From contig NC_043001.1 in the NCBI RefSeq assembly GCF_006345805.1, positions 132,556,001 through 132,620,000 of the forward strand: 64,000 bases of DNA. Direction: 5' to 3'. Positions 25,053 through 38,784 of this stretch are shown here, piece after piece (position 1 is the stretch's first letter; each line of letters opens with the position of its first letter). The position numbers and the translations under genes are program-made. Under the pieces are notes generated by a model that saw only the letters and a list, made by a program, of their open reading frames with translations, ran no database searches and was not told the DNA's origin. Source of the DNA: Octopus sinensis (Eukaryota).

Positions 25053-26267
25053 ATACAGGGTGCATAAGGTATTTGAGGACATACCTTTTTGGGGTCATTG
25101 CTGTATTTTTTGCCAACTCTATACAATGTTTGTTTCAGAAAATAATAATGGCAGACCCTCGGCTTTCTTAAGAAATGAAGAGGCATGCTGTTATTGTGAT
25201 TATAAAGGCTGAGCATAGCAATTTAGAAATATCTCGATTTTTGAAAGTTGTCAGATCTTACATCTACAAAGTTTGTAAGGAGCTAGAGACTGAAGATGGA
25301 AATGTATCACCAGTATCAAAGCATAAAAAGCATTCTAAATACTCTGAAATCTGAAATCATCAGAACACCTGAATTTATCTAGCAAGTTCAATCCCAGAAA
25401 GTCAATAAGGTCAATTTCAAAAGATCTCCATGTGTCAGAAGGAACAGTCAGAAATGTTGTCCACGAAGACAACAGATAAAAGTCTTATATGATGAGGAAA
25501 GGTCAAGTTGTCCAAAAAAGCAAAAGAAAATCACTACATCAGTTCTAAAACAAATTGAAAAATCTAGCAGAAGAAGATTTGATTTGGTTTTACTCAAACG
25601 AGAAAAACTTCGACCAAGATCAAAAAGTTAACAGAAGAAATGGCAGATGGGTATGTGCAGACCCTTCTGAAGTTCCAAGTGTTATGCATACAAAATTTCC
25701 TGCAACTGACATGGTTTTAGGGGTTGTCGGCAATGAAAGACATGTGATGCCTCCTTACTTCTTTCCATAAACCCTTAGAGTTAAATCTACCACCTATATT
25801 GATGTCCTGGAAATAATTAAGCACTGGATAGATAGTGTATGCAACGGAAGGCCATATATGTTTCAGTAAGACATTGTGCTGTTTTGTTCTTACTTTCCTG
25901 TTCTTGTTACCACAAAAAATCTCAAATTTTATTTAATTTGCCTTGCGGGAAGGACTGTTTCAACGAAGTCGCGTCTTGTCCTTACCTTTGAAATGCAGAG
26001 TAGATGAAACAGGGGCAACTGAAGAAGGGGAATATTCCTTGTGTTGTATGTCTTGTACTCTGTGTTTTTTTTGTTGTTGTTTGAAAAAAAGCTCGTTTCC
26101 ATGTTTTTGTTTTTATGTTTTTGTTTCTCATTGTGTTCAACATTTTTTTGATGTCTTGTACCCATACATGCATGTATATATGCATATAAATGTAGGTATA
26201 TGATCGAACACCATGCATACTTTTCCAAGTAAGTTTTATCTATCTATCTATCTATCTACCTATCTAT

Positions 26268-26301
<34 letters not shown>

Positions 26302-26598
26302 ACCAATTTATAGGAAGAAAGGCCACAGCATCTACATAAAAACTAAAAGTTAATTCTTGTGTAAAATTCTCCAAGGAAGACAATGGAAGTGACCCTGCTC
26401 CACCAGGTTCCCCCGTTAAGGGAGCTATGGGCCCTTATCAAAAATGTTGCCCATAACACAATCCCCACTCAAAAAATGCCTGGTCTAAGGGAGTTAGCAT
26501 ATATGCAAACACACAAACACACGGATATGCAGAATACATACATACATACATACATACATACACATACATAAACACATGCATACATGCTTATATGCATA

Positions 26599-26638
<40 letters not shown>

Positions 26639-27694
26639 TACATATGTGTATACATGCATGCTAATGTACACACACGTGCACAAACAAACGGAATAAACAA
26701 AAGGAACACAGTTCCCGATAATGGACAGAGTCAACAACTATTGAAGACTTTGTAAGAAGCAACGAAAATTTTAGAAGACAAAAAAGTAAATGAATGTGTG
26801 GAAACTGATGATTGTTAATAAGGCATGAAAAGAGAATGACTCTCCCCAGACACAACATCACTAAATGAAGGTTCTGGGAAAACTAAAAACAGAAAATTAT
26901 TCATGGTCTATTTTCCATGCTTTACAATGTTTGATCGTCAATTGTCTCTTGCATTATTCTATGTGTAAGAAGTATGCTATTCACAGAGATACATTGTTAC
27001 TATATGTTCCTATTAAATTCCTGTGTGCACTTTAATAGCATTATTATATTGTTCTTATTCATCTTATGTTTATATTTTCAAGCCAGCAGGCTATTCATCT
27101 AAGAAAAGCTATTTGCATTTTTGTTTGTTGTAATATTTAAGTTCAATGAATTATAGTACATACGCTTTTGGTTTTCCCCTAACTTTTATTTAGTATCGTT
27201 GTACTACACACAAGCCAAAACTCTGTAAGATGTTTGCTTCATTTATAGATATATTTGAGATCATAGATCAGAAGTTTGTAGTCACCCATGATGTTAGTGA
27301 CCAGAAGGATATAGCTCTATCATCTACATGAAAGTTAACAGCCATTTCTTCTAAATATGTTCAATTTTTTTTTTTTTTTAAAGACTCCGCCGGTTACGAC
27401 GACGAGGGTCCCAGCTGATACGATCAACGGAACAGCTTGCTCGTGAAATTAACGTGTGAGTGGCTGAGCATTCCACAGACACGTGTACCCTTAACGTAGT
27501 TCTCGGGGATAATCAGCGTGACACAGAGAGTGACAAGGCTGACCCTTTGAAATACAAGTACAACTCATTTTTGCCAGCTGAGTGGACTGGAGCAACGTGA
27601 CACAAGGACACAACGCGTCGCCGGGAATCGAACTCACAACCTTACGATCATGAGCCGAATGCCCTAACCACTAAGCCACGCGCCCTCACAAATA

Positions 27695-28021
27695 TCTCTC
27701 TATATATAAACGGCAGTTTGTCTGTGCGTGTTTCTGTGTGTCTGTTTGCTTGTACCCTCACCCTGACCACAGCTTTCAACCGATTCTGATGAAACTTGAC
27801 ACACACATAGCCCAATGTCATAATTCAAAACTAACGCAGCGAAAATTTTGAAAAGTTCCCCCAGTTCTGAAAAAAATCGATAAATTCGACATGGGGTCGA
27901 GAATCAGAAACACAAACCGGATAATTTACCATCATTTTTTTCCATTTTTTTGCTATAACTCTCTAAAAATGCTTATAGTTATTTCCTTACAAACCTGAGC
28001 AACGCCGGACGATACTGCTAG
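27695..28021 (+). mobile_element. Non-autonomous Helitron
   Basis: 5' TC start (TCTCTCTATATATAAA), GC-rich subterminal GAGCAACGCCGGAC segment, 3' CTAG end, inserted between A and T. Confidence 0.8.
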
Positions 28022-28113
28022 TGTTCAATACAATCTAAGTGATTAACTTCCAATATTCAAAGTACAATTTTGGCAGCTTTCTTTATCCCAGTCAATGACA
28101 AGTGTTTCTGCAA

Positions 28114-28183
<70 letters not shown>

Positions 28184-28191
<8 letters not shown>

Positions 28192-28422
28192 TAAATTAGA
28201 GATAAAACCACTATTAGGCAAATCAAACAATGAAAAACTTAAGCCAATACATAAAAATAAATTAATTTATATTATTTTAAATATATATCAAAAGTATTAA
28301 AAGTTTTAATACTTTTGATATATATTTAAAATAATATAAATTAATTAATTTTATGTATTGGCTTAAGTTTTTCATTGTTTGATTTGCCTAATAGTGGTTT
28401 TATCTCTAATTTAATATAATAT
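28184..28422. repeat. Near-perfect palindrome centred at 28303; a single-arm copy with the same tail lies at about 46990-47180
   Basis: Centre reads gtattaaaa-g-ttttaatac; arms of about 119 bp. Confidence 0.92.
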
Positions 28423-28532
28423 AATATTTTACTATAAAATTGGATTCAATCCTAAATCTGATTTTTCCCTGTAAGTTTAGATTTATTCCATAATATTTTA
28501 TTATTAATTTATATATATATATATATATATAT

Positions 28533-28756
28533 CATCACAATCAAGGAACGGCCATAATAGGCCATTCACCCACTAGAAATAACAGCCAAAAGCTTCAACC
28601 GCAAAATAACATCAATTCCGTAAACCAGGAGAAAATTAAAAAACATTTTTTAATTTTCTCCTGGTTTACGGAATTGATGTTATTTTGCGGTTGAAGCTTT
28701 TGGCTGTTATTTCTAGTGGGTGAATGGCCTATTATGGCCGTTCCTTGATTGTGATG
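28533..28756. repeat. Perfect palindrome, 111-bp arms, CA loop
   Basis: 28533-28643 is the reverse complement of 28646-28756. Confidence 0.95.
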
Positions 28757-29344
28757 TTGAACTTAAAAATGGTCTATGACTATTTAATTTTTTCCCACTA
28801 GGCCGCTGGTGGCAAAAAAATTCTACAAAATTTTTTGCCACCCTATATTGATTAATTATATATATATATATATATATCCACACACACACATAATATATTA
28901 TATGAATGTATATACATTAAACACTTTTCCATACATCCTTGCAACCTCAACCTGCCCACACTTCATCTTAGCTATGAGGGGTGGCTGAAAAGCTCATATG
29001 CTGACCAAGACACTCTCATGGAATGAGACCAAATTGGGTTTATTTTTCAACATAGTCCCCCTTGTGGTTCATACACTTCTTCCATCAGTGTTGCAGTGCT
29101 TGGATCTCATTGGTCAAGAATCTTTCATCAGATACGATGTCCTCATCACTGTGGTACTGGTTCCCAACCAAGTAGTGTTTCATGTCAGGCAACAGATGAT
29201 AGATGGGGTGACATCAGGAGAATAGGGATGTCAATCAACCAGTTCAAAACTACAGTCATCCACTGCAGTCATTGAAATCAAGGATTTGTGTGCTGAACCA
29301 TTGTTCTGATGAAACAAGAGACCTTTTGTCGCTATTGTTGTATA

Positions 29345-29735
29345 GGCGCAGGAGCGGCTGTGTGGTAAGTAGCTTGCTAACCAACCACATGGTTCCGGGT
29401 TCAGTCCCACTGCGTGGCATCTTGGGCAAGTGTCTTCTGCTATAGCCTCGGGCCGACCAATGCCTTGTGAGTGGATTTGGTAGACGGAAACTGAAAGAAG
29501 CTTGTCATATATATGTATATATATGTATATGTGTGTATGTGTGTGTGTTTGTCCCCCTAGCATTGCTTGACAACTGATGCTGGTGTGTTTACGTCTCCGT
29601 CACTTAGCGGTTCGGCAAAAGCGACCGATAGAATAAGTACTGGGCTTACAATAAATAAGTCCCGGGGTCGATTTGCTCGACTAAAGGTGGTGCTCCAGCA
29701 TGGCCGCAGTCAAATGACTGAAACAAGTAAAAAGA
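29345..29735 (+). mobile_element. Second tRNA-head SINE family; copies or parts at about 41180-41345, 43270-43500, 61655-62135, 32590-32740 and 62740-62950
   Basis: GGCGCAGGAGCGGCTGTGTGGTAAG...GGTTCAGTCCC head followed by CTTGGGCAAG and an internal CA/TA tract. Confidence 0.88.
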
Positions 29736-30169
29736 GAGATTTGTTCTTGATAGCCTTTTGTAACTAACTCAGTAAGTTGGCATAGTACTCTCCATTAACG
29801 GTGTGGCTCTTTTGAAGACAGTCAATTAAACACACTGTCTTTTGCATCCCCAAAAACTGAGGTCATTACCTTCTCTGCAAATGAAACAATCTTGGCCTTC
29901 TTTGGAGTACATCAGGAAGGGTGTTTCCACTGCATGCATTGTCTCTTTGTCCCTAGCTCAAAGTGATGAAGCCAACACTCATCTTGGATTAGGAATCATT
30001 CGAAGAAACCTGTTGGATCTGCCTCAAACAATGTCAGATTTTCCCATGATGTGATCAGCCTGGTGTGCCTTTGATGAGGGGTCAGATGTAGCACTCACCA
30101 AGCAGAAACTGTTGTCATGTCAAGTTTGTCATTCACAATATTCTCAGCTCTTTCATGGGATATGCTCAT

Positions 30170-30325
30170 CATCATCATCATCATTGTTCGACCGTGGTTG
30201 AGACAATGGAATTTACCATGCTACGCCAGACTTCACGGTCCATCATGGCATTACGGAGGTCCTGTTGCTGGATGCCTGTATCCCTGGAGATTACATCAGG
30301 GTAGGAGAGTGTGCGCCCTCTGGTA
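30170..30325 (-). mobile_element. RTE/RTEX-like 3' end inserted in the mariner
   Basis: TRGRTLSYPDVISRDTG...DLRNAMMDREVWR followed by a (GAT)n tail. Confidence 0.65.
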
Positions 30326-30959
30326 TTGTGAGTAGATATGCTAATAAAACTGGCTATTTGATGTATTGTCGATTGCCCATCATCCATCACTATGTGGTGA
30401 ATACAGTTAATGTTTTCCTCATTATTGGTAGTTGCAGGATGTCTAGACTTCAGGTTATCTTCAAGACTCTCCATTCCACTCCTAAATTCAGCTGCCCACT
30501 TTTGCACTGTTGATAAAGAAGGAGCGTCCCCCCCTTAATGAAGCAATCATGTCAGCATGAATGTCATTGGGGGAAGCTAAACCCTTTTCTACAGGTACTT
30601 GATAACACCACAAGGCTAAATTTTGTCCATTTTCAATACAAGCCACTACTAGTTACTTTTGAAGCCTTCTTTGAACAATCATATGTCAGTTTACTTGGAA
30701 ACAAACAATTAAGTTATTAATAAGAAGGATTGAAAAGAATGCAAGGAAGACTTCATAGTTCTAGCATCACTCCTTCATAGTCAGCCTAAGAACTTTTCAG
30801 TCCACCTTCATACTGCTATAGAAAAATACAACAATCCTGTACCCCTCTCTCATACTTTAAACATTCATCTCCTAGCATAAACCTTCCGCTCATTTCCCTG
30901 TTGATCCACAGAGTTGAGGGAGATGTTAATTTTGCAAGTTGTAAGGTGACCTCACTCAT

Positions 30960-32190
30960 GCTGGTGCAAAAATAAGTTACCAGTACATGCCGTAATGCAG
31001 TTGTTGTTAGGAAGGACATCCATCCATACAAAACCATCCCAAATTAAAAATTGGAGCATGATGTAGCCCTCTGACTAGTTGTATCCTGTCAAGTCATACA
31101 ACTCATGTGGCATAGAACATGGATTTGAAGTGATGATGAGGTATGAATGTGGAGGACATAGATATATGTGTGTGTTTATATATAGTCAGCAATGAGTATA
31201 GCAAGGAATCTAGAGTACAGGTAGGAGTTCACCAAGGATTGGTTCTCAGCCCCCTCTTGTTTATCACAGTCTTCCATGCAATAACAAAGAAATTTAAATC
31301 TGGCTGCCCTTGGAAGCTCCTCTATGATGATAACCTTGTTATTACTGCTGGATCACTATCAGAACTAGAGAAAACATTTCAGGTGTGGAAGTAAAGTCTG
31401 GAATCAAAGTGTCTTAGAGTTAATTTAGCAAAGACCAAAGTCCTAGTAAGTAGGAAAACAGACAAGCCCTTGATCCTTCTCTGCAATGACCCTGCTTTAT
31501 ATGTTGAAAAGGTGTTGGTAGAAACTCCACATGGTGTATTCAATTCAAGTTTTGAACACATAAAAGCAGCAATATCACAGAAAGGTTAAAAGAGAAAATA
31601 ATCTTTGTGTGTGGAAGATATGCAGGTGCAATAAACATGAGGAATGTGCAGAAAATAAATTCCCTCAAATGTCCTTAAAGTAGTAGTTTCCGTTACTTAG
31701 GCAACCAACACAGCAGTGGAGGAGGAAACTCTGAAAGTGTAGTTGCTAGAATAAGAACAGGCTGTGGAATGGGTAGAGCAAGGAAGACCCAGGATGTGAT
31801 GAGAAATGATCTGCAGATGCTAGGCCTCACAGAGAAGATAACAAATGACCAAGACTTCTGGCACTTTTCTGTGTTTGAGAAGACATATCAGGCTAAGTAA
31901 AATTGTGGCCATCTTTACATACAGACATGCCCCTCCTATCAGCTGAGAGGTCCTTGTCTTGCAGGCTCTTGGATGCTGGTGCCACATAAATGTACCCATA
32001 CATACACTCTGTAAAGTGGTTGGTGTTAGAAAGGACATCCAGCCATAGAAACCATGCCAAAACAGATAATTGGTGTTTGAGCAGCTGTCTGGCTTTCCAG
32101 CTCCTGAAAAACTATCCAACCCATGCCAACTTGGAAAATGGACATTAAATGATGATGATGAGGATGAGGATGATGATGAGAATGATGATG
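30960..32190 (+). mobile_element. Decayed RTE fragments (3' UTR, RT piece, second 3' UTR)
   Basis: GVHQGLVLSPLLF...GCPWKLLYDDNL; (GAT)n tails at about 31135 and 32150. Confidence 0.85.
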
Positions 32191-32337
32191 AGGATATATA
32201 TTTTTAAATGAAACTATAGATATTCTATAACATTCAGAGCCAGCACTATGAGTTACAATGTTTTGTATTCAAATACATCTATGTAAACATACATATATGT
32301 GTGTCTGTGTGTTTACATAGACATATTATATAGATAG

Positions 32338-32368
<31 letters not shown>

Positions 32369-33393
32369 GATAAATATAAGGAGTAAAGACCTCACTCCAG
32401 TCACAAATGACCATGGGATTGCACCTAGAATGTTACCCTCCAAGGCACAAGTCCAGGCAAGGTTGTTTATGGAAGAGCAGCAGTCGCCCATGCATACCGG
32501 CCTCTCCTTTCCATGACACCAGTGTTATCCAAAGGAAAGGCAAAGTTCGATGCAGATTGGCACCAGTGACGTCGCAACTCATTACAACAGCTGAGTGAAC
32601 TCTCTTTACTCTCTTTTACTCTTTTACTTGTTTCAGTCATTTGACTGCAGCAAATCGACCCCGGGACTTATTTTTTGTAAGCCCAGTACTTATTCTATCG
32701 GTCTCTTTTGCCGAACCGCTAAGTGACGGAGCAATGTGAAATAAAGTGCCTTGCTCAAGAACACAACACACAGCCTGATCCAGGATTTGAACTCACTACT
32801 TCATGATTGTGAGCCCAATGCTTTAACCACTGAGCCATATATATAAATACATGTTTATAACTGCATATCTATTTATATGTATATATTTATTGACAAGCCA
32901 CATGTGTAACAACAAAAATGTAGACTTTAATACTGCAGGAAATAGAGAGGTGGATTTATAAAATCACACTCATATGGAACACTTACTTTCAGAACTTTGA
33001 GCTTTCAGGCAGCAATTCGATACTTGTTGCACTTAATCAGCTTTTGCAAGTTCCAATGTATGTTTAATGCATGCTTAATATGGGAGCAAACACTGCTTGT
33101 GAAAGACAAAGGCTGTCACCAAATTTTTTGATCAGTCAATGGGAACAACTCTTTGAAACTTGATAATATTTTAGCAAAGAGTACATTTTATGCACTTGGT
33201 TAAGATTAAAATAAAAAGAAATAAAATATATTAAATAGAGTAAGTTAAAAATCAAAAGATTGAAGAAAACTTAAAACTAAAAATAAAAAAATAAATAAAT
33301 TATAAAATTACAATAAAGACTTTAAATTTTTTAAATTAAGAATTAAGGGTTACAAGTATTGAATCCCCGCTCAGAAACTTGGAATGTATGTAT

Positions 33394-33493
<100 letters not shown>

Positions 33494-36156
33494 CATGTAT
33501 GTATTTACATACATATACTTACATAGCTGCAAATATATATATGCCCACACACATACATACATACATACATACATACATACACAGACATACATAATCATAC
33601 TCATACAGAGCACATATACACTAAGATACATAAAATCAGACTAATAAATGAATATATTACACATGCAACCAGAATAATATAAGCCTTATTAAACATAAAG
33701 ACAAACTACAGAAACATATTAATAAAATAATCACTTTAGCAGCTGCATAAAACTGATATTGGCAAGTATATAATTAATAACAGAGAGGGAGAGTTGAACT
33801 AAAACAGCTAATATTGTAACACAACACGCTAAATATAGGAAATTGAAACTTATAATTGAATTCCAGCTTGGTTGTTAAACTACTCTTTATATTTTATATC
33901 ATTTTTCGTTTGGAAAAATATGAAATTAAATTACAGATAAAATTATAATTTCAAGCCAAATTGACATTCTTCAATTTATTTTCTATTTTTGATATATCAT
34001 TATGTTAAACTATCCAGCAAAATTATTTATACTACAATATGTGCTGTTTTCTTCCTTCATCTATCAACTAAATATTAGAAACAAAAGGTTCCTCCAGCAT
34101 TTTATCTACAATTCTTCCACTTAAACACTTTCAACTTCAAGTGAGATAATGAATCATAATGTAAAATAACTAATGAAAATCTTTACTTCCAGTGATGTAC
34201 CTTCAAAAACTAATGGAATTCTTTTATAAAAACACCAATTTCCTTTTTTTACATACATCAGTTGCATTTTAGCATTTTATTTTGGAAAAAATGTACTGTA
34301 TGATGTTGTTAGTGCTGATACTTTAAAAGCTGAGTTCTGATGCATTTATGATGGAACCTTCAAAAGAAATTAAACTCTATATACTCAGAAATTTTAGCAT
34401 TACACTCTCTGGTTTCAAAGTTTCATTTAAATAAAATATTCAGTTAGGAAGAAATGTAAAACAAAGCAAAAAGATAAAAAAAAAAAAAAGAAGAGAAAAT
34501 TGTAAATTTTGTTTCACTCTGTTAAAATTGTATTTTTTCTTTCCCTGCTTATTTCTGTCACCATATTAAACTTATCACTATTTTGAATATGCATGGCAAG
34601 TTTAGATTATTTACTCAACCAATTGTAACAATACTTTTCAATTTGTCATAGTTCCATATTTGCTAATAGCAAAACTCCAGCATGGCTAGAGTTTAAATAA
34701 CTAGAACCAGTAAAAGAGTAATTCAAATTTGCACACTAAAAATGTCAAAGGAAATATATTGCTACAAGAAAAATTACCATTAAGTTTAATCAAATCACTT
34801 GCAGACCATACATTATCAGTTAAACCTTCAACATAATAATTATTCACAATACTTTTAGCATTAATTTTAGCCTTAACAATTGACTTAGCTTCATTCATAT
34901 AAACTTGTACATTAGGTACTTATGTAAATTTCAATCTTGAATAATTTCAAGTAGCAACTTAGAAAAACCAGCTTTTCATATTTAATGAAGAAAACTCTAC
35001 ACAGCATTTTACTTAAAGGTATTTTATTACTTGCATTTTTAATTCAGTTTACCTATTTATATTTCTAATTTATCCATTATATTTTCTAATCACTTATTGT
35101 CATTTTTGAAAACTAGCTCTTCACTTAGTTGTAATATTAATCTTTGTGCATAATTCTACAAAAGAATTTTGAGGACGATAGGCAAAATACTTCAGGGACG
35201 AAAAATAGGGGATTATAAACCCCTCTTTGTCACCATTTTAATCTTATCAGATTAAAACAGTGACAAAGAAAACCATTTAGGTTTGTATACAAAGCAATTT
35301 TATGCCACTTACCATATAATATTCACAAAGATTTTGCCTCAACTACTAAACCAATAAGATGTCACTGAAACATAAAACTATAAATGTATATGCATACATA
35401 CATACTCATACACTACAACTATTATTTCACTCCTGATATTACATCTTTTAAATTTAGAAGCACTTCTTTTACAATGCAAACTAACATTATTTTATAAAGT
35501 TTGGCATAAAATGCTACATTATTTTACATGTCAAGCTCAGAATCCCTAGGTGACAGACACATCTTGTGAGCAATGAATATAATTATTAAGCAACAGCCAA
35601 CTTATCTTCATTTACTTTACAATTCACAGCATGTACACCTGCTGTAACTTATTCCCAGCATGTCAGTCTCCTAACCAAATGGATGAAAACTATTGAGTAT
35701 ATTTAATATTTAATTATTCGGTGTATTTAATATTACAGGTGCAAAACTGCATATGAATTTACACACACATATATATAAATGTATGTGTATTTTTTCAATG
35801 TGTACAAATAACACGGAAAAAAAATAAATAGTTACTAAGGTAGCAAAAATTCACGTAAGTGCCAAGAATGTTACAACCTACTTATAAAGGTAGAAACTCC
35901 AGGTTTAGTGAAATGTTTTTGTATGACATAGATAAATTAAGAAATGGAGTTAAATGCAGGTGTTATTCAAATCTTTATACTTCCAACATATGTTTCAAAG
36001 TTAAATGCAGGTGTTATTCAAATCTTTATACTTCCAACATATGTTTCAAAGAAAACATTGATATCATTCCGGAGGGAATAAAATGATGTAAAACAATGCA
36101 ATCATCTCATCAGGGAAAAAAAGAGAAACAAAACACATCATTTAACCATTACCACA

Positions 36157-36510
36157 TATATGATGAAGGAGAATGGTAGCAAGTTATTTTTTTAAATAAC
36201 TGTAAAAGACTTAATGTCAAAGGCAATTTAGAGAAAGAAAAAGAGAAAGAAAGAAATTAACCAAAAATTAAGAGTGGAAAATATAGTGGTAGATGGATGG
36301 GAATAAAGCTTAAAAACGTGGAAATAGATATATGTATTTCCACGCTTTTAAGCTTTATTTCCATTCATCTATCACACTATATTTCTCCACGCTTAATTTT
36401 CAGTTAATTTCTTTCTTTCTCCTCCTTTTCTTTTTCTAAATTGCCTTTGACGTTAAATCTATTAATAGTTTTTTTTAAAATAACTTGCCAGCATTTCCCT
36501 TCATCATATA
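36157..36510. repeat. Diverged palindrome centred near 36331
   Basis: Centre gtggaaata..tatttccac; the arms carry many mismatches. Confidence 0.8.
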
Positions 36511-36529
36511 CACGGTAACCACATTTGGT

Positions 36530-37000
36530 TAAAATGGCTTATTGATGTGTTTTGTTTCCCTTTCAAAGAGTATCTGACATAATTTTTCCTCTCCAAAACT
36601 AATGCTGTGTGGGTAAAATCCTTTAGGTAGAAGGTGACGCCCTCCATCCTGCACATGCATGAACATTTCACCACTAGTAGGCCACATTAGTTCCCAGCTG
36701 TTACACCTAAAGTATAGACATGTAGTGCACACTCATCAGATTTTAATTTTCATGCGAGATGACTGAACACATAGTGCAGAGATCATAATCCCATGTCTCA
36801 TCAGCAGTGATGAGGGTCTTCATGAAGTCTGGGTCATGGTTCGCACATTTTAGCACATCCTCAGCAATTACCATCCATGCAGATTTGCTTCCATTGCTCC
36901 ACCATCACCTTGGGGAAGGATTTTTCCAACACTCTCCTCATGTATAAATCCTCCATTAAAATGAAATGCACTGATCTTGTGCTTATTCACACAGGAATTA
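36530..37000 (-). mobile_element. Decayed mariner transposase fragment
   Basis: MRRV..K.FPKV...EQ.KQ and HDPDFMKTLITADETWDYD. Confidence 0.75.
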
Positions 37001-37539
37001 CACAATGGTTCCACTAACTCTAGGCTTTGCAGAGAGCAGCATTATATGTTTTATCTCTAAATCTACATACTTTTGGCTTGAATTCACCATTCAGCTTCCT
37101 TACATACTCTTGCCCGATCTATCATTAAAATATAAAGTGTAGCAATATTTGTATGAAATACATACGACAGGCATTCTCAAACATTTGTGCACACAATTGT
37201 ATGCACATGCAGACAACATATAGATGACTGCACACACTGAATTTAGCTGTTAGCAGTTCTAGCTATCAGGCAGCAATATACAAACACAGAGATAGTCTCA
37301 CAATACAATATGACAAACAGACACATTTCTGCATCCTCACACATACATATGCACACACACACACACACACACACATGCACATGTGCATGTATCAGACCAA
37401 TACAAACATGCATGGAGTCACAATGCATGCTGTACACAAAGAACCATGCATGCAAATGTTAATTCTCCATATCACTCATGCAAACACATTTACATACCTA
37501 TTTCTATTTCTTTACTACCCACAAGGGGCTAAACATAGA

Positions 37540-37738
37540 GGGGACAAACAAGGACAGACATAGGTATTAAGTCGATTACATCGACCCCAGTGCGTAACTG
37601 GTACTTAATTTATTGACCCCGAAAGAATGAAAGGCAAAGTCGACCTCGGCGGAATTTGAACTCACAACGTAACAGCAGACAAAATACCGCTAAGCATTTC
37701 GCCCGACGTCCTAACGTTTCTGCCAGCTCGCCGCCTTT
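37540..37738 (-). mobile_element. Third SINE family; copies at about 1776-1972, 6055-6200, 14615-14820, 43985-44140 and 44215-44370
   Basis: GGCGGCGAGCTGGCAGAAACGTTAG...GAGTTCAAATTCCGCCGAGGTCGACTTTGCC repeated across the window. Confidence 0.85.
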
Positions 37739-38142
37739 ACATACATAACATACCAACATGCACACAGAGACACACTGAGACCCATGTAGATTATTCTTTA
37801 CTTCCAATCAGTGGCTAAACATGGAGACCAACACCATGTGGCTTCAGTCACTAGAATTGTTTGTTTTTTCCCCCTTTTCTTCCTTTTCTAGCTTTTCTTT
37901 AGGTTTTCCTTTCTCTTTTTCAAGTATCTACAGAAGGAAAATATCTGAAGTGCTATAGCCATTAACCCTTTCTCTTGCCTCAGGATCAAGCTAAAGCTAT
38001 CGATTGTAAACTTATCCTATCTTTTTGTTTTTATAAAACACACATACTTGTCCATCACAATTTAGCGATATTCACTCAAAATTTTCCTTCTAGCTAACAC
38101 ATCTGCTTCTGGGGTATGTTCCTCTTATTAAGAAGTTGGACT

Positions 38143-38700
38143 TTAAAAATTTGAACTGTTTGAACAGTCTGTGCAGAGCCTGCACAGACAGAGGAATTGG
38201 GAGTAGGGGATGGAAAGCTTAGTATGGGTAGAGTGGGAGAAGGAGAAATTAAGGTAGGAGTGTGAGTCAGTGTGTTTGTAGTGGATGGAGGTAATGAGAG
38301 TGGAGTGATGTATGCTGACAAAAATGTCGAGAAATGCAACGGAAGTGAAGGAAATAGTGCAGGAAAATTTGAGGGTAGGATGGAATGATTGGACAAAAGA
38401 GAGGAAGGAGTCTAGTTGTTCGAGGGAAAGTGAGGTCACAGAGATGCAGTCATCAATATAACGACCGTATAGTTCAGGAGTGGGACCAGTGAATCGTGAG
38501 AATATTTGGGCCAATGAACAGGTTCGCATACTTGGGGGCTCATTCTCATTCCCATGGACATCCACGAACAAGAAATAGTTGGGGGAGAGAACAAGTTCGG
38601 CCAGATGAAGAAGTGTGAAGGTGTCAGGTTGGGGGTGGTTGGGTCGTAGGTCCAGAATGTGTTTATGTGCAAAAAGTCCTCCGTTGTTTGGGATCACCAT
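38143..38700 (-). mobile_element. Penelope-like reverse transcriptase fragment
   Basis: RYIDD, FHPTLKF, VAFLD, HYKHTDSHSYL and KLSIPYSQFL are PLE RT/thumb motifs. The region between RT motifs A and C is degraded. Confidence 0.9.
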
Positions 38701-38737
38701 AGATAAACTCTTGATATCAAGAGTGAAGAGAAGTTTA

Positions 38738-38784
<47 letters not shown>

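Larger units (their letters stand above)
28973..30812 (-). mobile_element. Mariner relic with both degenerate TIRs, interrupted by a SINE and an RTE 3' end
   Basis: DE.WLHHFE..TKRQ.MQWKH..., KKAK.V..A.KVM.SVFGD, INGEYYANLL; termini tatgaggggtggctgaaaag and cttttcagtccaccttcata. Confidence 0.85.

Noticed and set aside
26012-26048. CTGAAGA-A-GGGG-AATATT-CCTT hammerhead-like 5' half
   Set aside because: The GAAA and helix III are missing; at best a dead relic.
34790-34845. YYVEGLTDNVWSASDLIKL resembling the kinesin VYVEGL motif
   Set aside because: The KIF17 motor is far more conserved than this, and the flanking motifs are absent.
35949-36050. Exact 51-bp tandem duplication (also an 18-bp one near 45826-45858)
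   Set aside because: Ordinary slippage duplication; not a CRISPR-like or functional array.
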